64,000 nucleotides of DNA from an uncultured Alphaproteobacteria bacterium (GTDB taxonomy: Bacteria > Pseudomonadota > Alphaproteobacteria > Rhizobiales > Methyloligellaceae). A program made the translations under genes and the position numbers. The notes under the pieces were generated by a model. It worked only from the letters and a program-made list of their open reading frames with translations. It did not search any database and was not told the origin of the DNA. The stretch is from assembly GCA_963820005.1 (NCBI GenBank), contig CAWFYQ010000009.1:19063-83062 (forward strand), in the 5' to 3' direction. Positions 60,527 to 64,000 of this stretch are shown piece after piece; position 1 is the stretch's first letter, and each line of letters begins with the position of its first letter.

Positions 60527-61342
60527 TCAAACTCTCGCCCAGCCGCAGAACTGCGGTGGCATGATTGCCTGACCGTGTGCCTCCGACACGGCGTCGCGCA
60601 AGCGGTCCTCCAAACTATCGATATCGATCTCCGCCGCGGTGGCGATCCCCATCTTCTCGATCTGCGGCATTAGGCTCCGAACTGACAACGCCAGCCAGGC
60701 GTAGAATGGCGATTCGCGGCCGCCATCGACGGGAATCTCCGCGAACACGACCGGCCTGCCGAGATCGGCATCGTGGAAATGCGCCATCATTTGCCCGCCG
60801 GCAAAGGGGTGCTCCATCACCGATGCGAGTCCCGTGATCGCCCAATGTATCGCCTGCCGCCACAGCGCGATCGGCACTAGAGTGCAATAGTCGTCATAGA
60901 TCGCGATCTCCTGGAACGCGACCGTCCCGCCCGGCCGGACGTGTGCCGCAGCCGCGCGAATGAAAGCGGCCGGATCGGATTGGTGGATCAGCACGTAGCG
61001 GCCAACGGCGAGGTCGAAGGGCCTCGAAGCAACGAAGTTTTCCGCGGCAGCTTGGTGAAATTCGACGTTCCTGAAGCCCAGGGCGCGCGCCCGCTGGCGC
61101 GCGAAAGCGACCGCGTCGGCGCTCCGATCGATGCCGACGACCGCCCCGCTCGGGCCAACCAACTCCGCGGCGAGAAATGCGACATCGCCGGCGCCGCAGC
61201 CAAGATCGAGCACGAGCAAGCCCGGTCCAATGCCGGTCTCGCGGAGCAGACGCTCGGTGGTCGGCTTCAAAACCGCGCCCTGAAGCGTCAAACGCCGAAG
61301 CTCGGACTCCGAATGGCCAAGTATATAAGGGATTTCGTTCAT
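60527..61342 (-). CDS. Class I SAM-dependent methyltransferase
   Basis: VLDLGCGAGDV, VVGIDRS and FDLAVGRYVL motifs. Confidence 0.9.
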   Translation of the reverse strand: MNEIPYILGHSESELRRLTLQGAVLKPTTERLLRETGIGPGLLVLDLGCGAGDVAFLAAELVGPSGAVVGIDRSADAVAFARQRARALGFRNVEFHQAAAENFVASRPFDLAVGRYVLIHQSDPAAFIRAAAAHVRPGGTVAFQEIAIYDDYCTLVPIALWRQAIHWAITGLASVMEHPFAGGQMMAHFHDADLGRPVVFAEIPVDGGRESPFYAWLALSVRSLMPQIEKMGIATAAEIDIDSLEDRLRDAVSEAHGQAIMPPQFCGWARV

Positions 61343-61444
61343 GCCGCCCTCCTGACAGGGCAGGAGAGGGTAGCCGGACGCGCGAAAATGGCTTTGCTGG
61401 GATTGCTGCGACTGCCGCACTCTTGCGGAGATTGTTGCGCGCCG

Positions 61445-62444
61445 CTAGGCCGCGGCGACGGCTTGATAATCTTCGCCCGCCACGATGCCGCGCGCCGCTT
61501 GCAGCACCTCGAGCCCCGCGCCGTCCAGATGGCCGTTTTCGGCGATATGGCGTCGGAAGGCACGCGCGCGCTTCTGGCCATGGAACAGTCCGAGAATATG
61601 CCGCGTCATGGCATTGAGCCGCGTGCCGCGCGCGAGCTCGGCCTCGACATAGGGCATGAAGGCGTCGAGCACTTCGAGCCGCGACGGCATGACCGCATTT
61701 GCGCCGAACAGCTCGCGGTCGACCTCGGCCAGCAGATAAGGATCGGCATAGGCCGCGCGGCCGAGCATCACGCCATCGACATGGGCTGAAATGAGCGCGC
61801 GCCTCATCGAGCGAGCCGATGCCGCCATTGATGACGATCTCGAGCTCGGGACGCCGCTGCTTCAAGCGATGGACGCGGGTGTGATCGAGCGGCGGGATGT
61901 CGCGGTTCTCCTTCGGGCTCAGGCCCTTCAGCCAGGCTTTGCGCGCGTGCACGATGAAAGTGCCGCAGCCGGCCCGCGCGACCATGTCGATGAAGCGGTC
62001 GAAATCCTGCTCTTCGTCCTGGTCGTCGATGCCGATGCGGCACTTGACGGTGACCGGCAGCCCGGAGCTTGCAGCCATCGCCGCGACGCAGTCGCCGACC
62101 AGCTCAGGCTCGGCCATGAGGCAGGCGCCGAACCGCCCCGACTGCACGCGGTCGGACGGACAGCCGACATTGAGGTTGATCTCGTCATAGCCGTAGTCCG
62201 CGCCGACCCGCGCCGCGGCGGCAAGCTTCTCAGCATCGCTGCCGCCGAGCTGAAGCGCGAGCGGATGCTCGACCGGCGAGAAGCCGAGCACGCGCGTCCG
62301 ATCGCCGTATAACACCGCGTCGGCCGTAACCATCTCGGTATAGAGGAAGGTCCGCTTGGAGATCAGCCGCAGGAAATAGCGGCAGTGGCGGTCGGTCCAC
62401 TCCATCATCGGCGCAACGGCAAAGCGGTGTGAGTCAGATTTCAA
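61445..62444 (-). CDS. dusA: tRNA dihydrouridine(20/20a) synthase DusA, apparent +1 indel near 61787
   Basis: VAPMMEWTDRHCR, LQLGGSD, NLNVGCPSDRVQSGRFGACLM, VHARKAWLKGLSPKENR and GVMLGRAAY motifs. Confidence 0.94.
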
Positions 62445-62486
62445 CGGCTTATGCTCTCAAAATGAATCCAGGTGTGAGGGTACGGC

Positions 62487-62805
62487 TTAGCCGTGATGCT
62501 CGCCCCAATTGTGCAGCGCCTTGAGCACCGGGCCAAGCGCCTTGCCCTTCTCGGTCAGGAAATACTCGTAGCGCGGCGGATGGTTCTCATAAAGCCTTGT
62601 GGCGACCACGCCATCGGCCTCGAGCGATTTCAGCCGCGCCGACAGGGTGTTTGGCGCGACCCCCGGCAAATTCGCTTCGAGCTGCTGGAACCGCAACGCG
62701 CCCCTTGCGGAACAGGTCGCGCAAAATCAACAGCGACCACCTCTCGCCGATCACGTCCAGCGCCTTAGCCACCGGGCAATCGCCTTGGTCATACGAGCTC
62801 GCCAT
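62487..62805 (-). CDS. HxlR family winged-helix regulator with an N-terminal Cys, apparent +1 indel in GGGG near 62702
   Basis: CPVAKALDVIGERWSLLILRDL, NTLSARLKSLE and PPRYEYFLTEKG motifs. Confidence 0.9.
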
Positions 62806-62819
62806 GGGGACTAGATAGA

Positions 62820-62866
62820 CAAGCCCCTTGATAAGTTCAAGTCGCTTGCTATTGACAAGTCACTTG
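62820..62866. promoter_or_regulatory. Three palindromic operator-like boxes overlapping a TTGACA -35
   Basis: CAAGcccCTTG (62820), CAAGtcgCTTG (62838) and CAAGtcaCTTG (62856). TTGACA at 62852-62857. Confidence 0.7.
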
Positions 62867-62915
62867 CTATTATATAGCTACAGGAAGGGGGCGGAACCTA
62901 CCAAGGAGACTTGTC

Positions 62916-63674
62916 ATGACCATCCCAACCTTTCTCCCTTATTTCGTCCTTTCCGGCACGGCGGCCATGCTGGTAGCCGTCCTCTACGGCTTGAACCGGG
63001 CGCTCGCCGCGGCGGCCTGGACGGCTCAAGATCGCTCGCGTGCCGTTGTCGCCTCGGCGGCGATTCTTATGAGCTGGCTCGCCCTTTCCATCGCCCTCGC
63101 CGCCTCCGGCGTCTATCACGTGACTGCGACTGGGATCCCCACCCTCCAATATGGTCTCCTGCTGCCGATCCTGATTGGCGTCATCTTGATCTGGCGCTCG
63201 GACCTCGTCAGACGAATCCTCGACGCCGTGCCACAGCCTTGGATCGTCGGCGTGCAGCTGTATCGCGCCCTCGGCGTGATGTTTCTCATCCTTTACGCGA
63301 GCGGCAGGCTTCCCGCACTATTCGCTTGGCCGGCCGGCGTGGGCGATATCGCCATCGGCCTGTCCGCGCCCCTCGTCGGCCTCGCCTATGCGCGGGCGCC
63401 ACGCGAGGCGGCAGGTCCGGTCCGCGCCTGGAACGTGCTCGGCATCCTCGACCTCGTCGTTGCGGTCACCACCGGATTTCTCACCGCCCCGTCGCTCATC
63501 TCGCCGATCGAGGTTCATCCTACGAGCGAGCTGATGACCATGCTGCCGATGGTGCTGATCCCGGTCTACCTCGTGCCGATCTCGATCGTGTTGCACATCG
63601 CCTCGCTCGCCAAATTGCATCGCGACGAAGCGCGAACGGCCGACAGCAAAGCCATCGTTCGCGCGCCAGCCTAG
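62916..63674 (+). CDS. Uncharacterised multi-pass membrane protein
   Basis: About 7 hydrophobic helices, GVQLYRALG, PAGVGDIAIG and WNVLGILDL segments, RBS AAGGAG. Confidence 0.8.
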   Translation: MTIPTFLPYFVLSGTAAMLVAVLYGLNRALAAAAWTAQDRSRAVVASAAILMSWLALSIALAASGVYHVTATGIPTLQYGLLLPILIGVILIWRSDLVRRILDAVPQPWIVGVQLYRALGVMFLILYASGRLPALFAWPAGVGDIAIGLSAPLVGLAYARAPREAAGPVRAWNVLGILDLVVAVTTGFLTAPSLISPIEVHPTSELMTMLPMVLIPVYLVPISIVLHIASLAKLHRDEARTADSKAIVRAPA

Positions 63675-63732
63675 GCATTGGCGCATGCAAGAAACGGCTC
63701 CCGCGTCTCACCTCGATGCGGGAGCCGTCGCG

Positions 63733-63999
63733 CTATTGGAGCTCGGAGCCCGTCTCGGCGGTCGCCGGCGGGTGCGGCTTGGAGATGATGAAGGCCGCCA
63801 CGTCCCAGGCCTGCTGCAAGGTGAGGACAGGATCGCGATAGGTGATGCCAAACGGCATGTTGTCGCGAATGTAGGAGGCGGCATAGGCCGTCTTGGCCAT
63901 GCCGGCGCCGGCGTTGAAGCTCGCATCGCCCCACAGCGGGGGGATGGAATAGCCGACGCCGGGGCTCGGCTTAAGCGCACCCTGCCCGTCCTCCTTGTG
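63733..63999 (-). CDS. C-terminal fragment of a TsdA-like (thiosulfate dehydrogenase family) c-type cytochrome; 5' part outside the window
   Basis: Hand translation HKEDGQG...PPLWGDASFNAGAGM...YIRDNMP...AWDVAAFIISKPHP*. Not in the ORF track. Confidence 0.72.
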   Translation of the reverse strand, partial: HKEDGQGALKPSPGVGYSIPPLWGDASFNAGAGMAKTAYAASYIRDNMPFGITYRDPVLTLQQAWDVAAFIISKPHPPATAETGSELQ

Positions 64000-64000
64000 A

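Noticed and set aside
1365-62704. Programmed ribosomal frameshifting or phase variation as the cause of the split genes
   Set aside because: The sites lack shared slippery heptamers or long homopolymer tracts and fall in unrelated genes, including nadE.
1-64000. CRISPR array, integrase, transposase or prophage genes
   Set aside because: I saw no regularly spaced repeat-spacer array and no recombinase or phage motifs in any ORF.

Overview
A 64-kb, GC-rich alphaproteobacterial (Hyphomicrobiales-like, by inference) chromosomal segment. The flanks are mostly housekeeping genes: cimA, cysS, gltX, nadE, class II DAHP synthase, gor, rpiA, gph, glnII, ornithine decarboxylase, PMM/PGM and dusA. The centre holds a ~20-kb hopanoid cluster (hpnABCDE-shc-hpnG, hpnH, ispH, hpnN, hpnIJ, vacJ-hpnM, dxs, hpnK) starting just downstream of tRNA-Val(CAC). 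Twelve single-base indels split otherwise intact genes, including nadE, and most likely reflect long-read consensus errors, so those genes are reported as CDS. I saw no CRISPR array, integrase or transposase. The most notable unexplained signals are: (1) a near-leaderless 17-aa Ile/Cys-containing uORF with a near-consensus sigma70 promoter and an RBS-occluding hairpin ahead of the cysS-smallORF-cimA unit, a candidate attenuator; (2) a secreted, PG-binding caspase-fold protein whose catalytic Cys is replaced by Glu; (3) three CAAG-N3-CTTG palindromes at exact 18-bp spacing beside a redox-type HxlR regulator; (4) a long, atypical insertion in CysRS; and (5) island-like features of the hopanoid cluster. 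Many start codons are my own estimates, and all family assignments come from motif recognition, not database searches.
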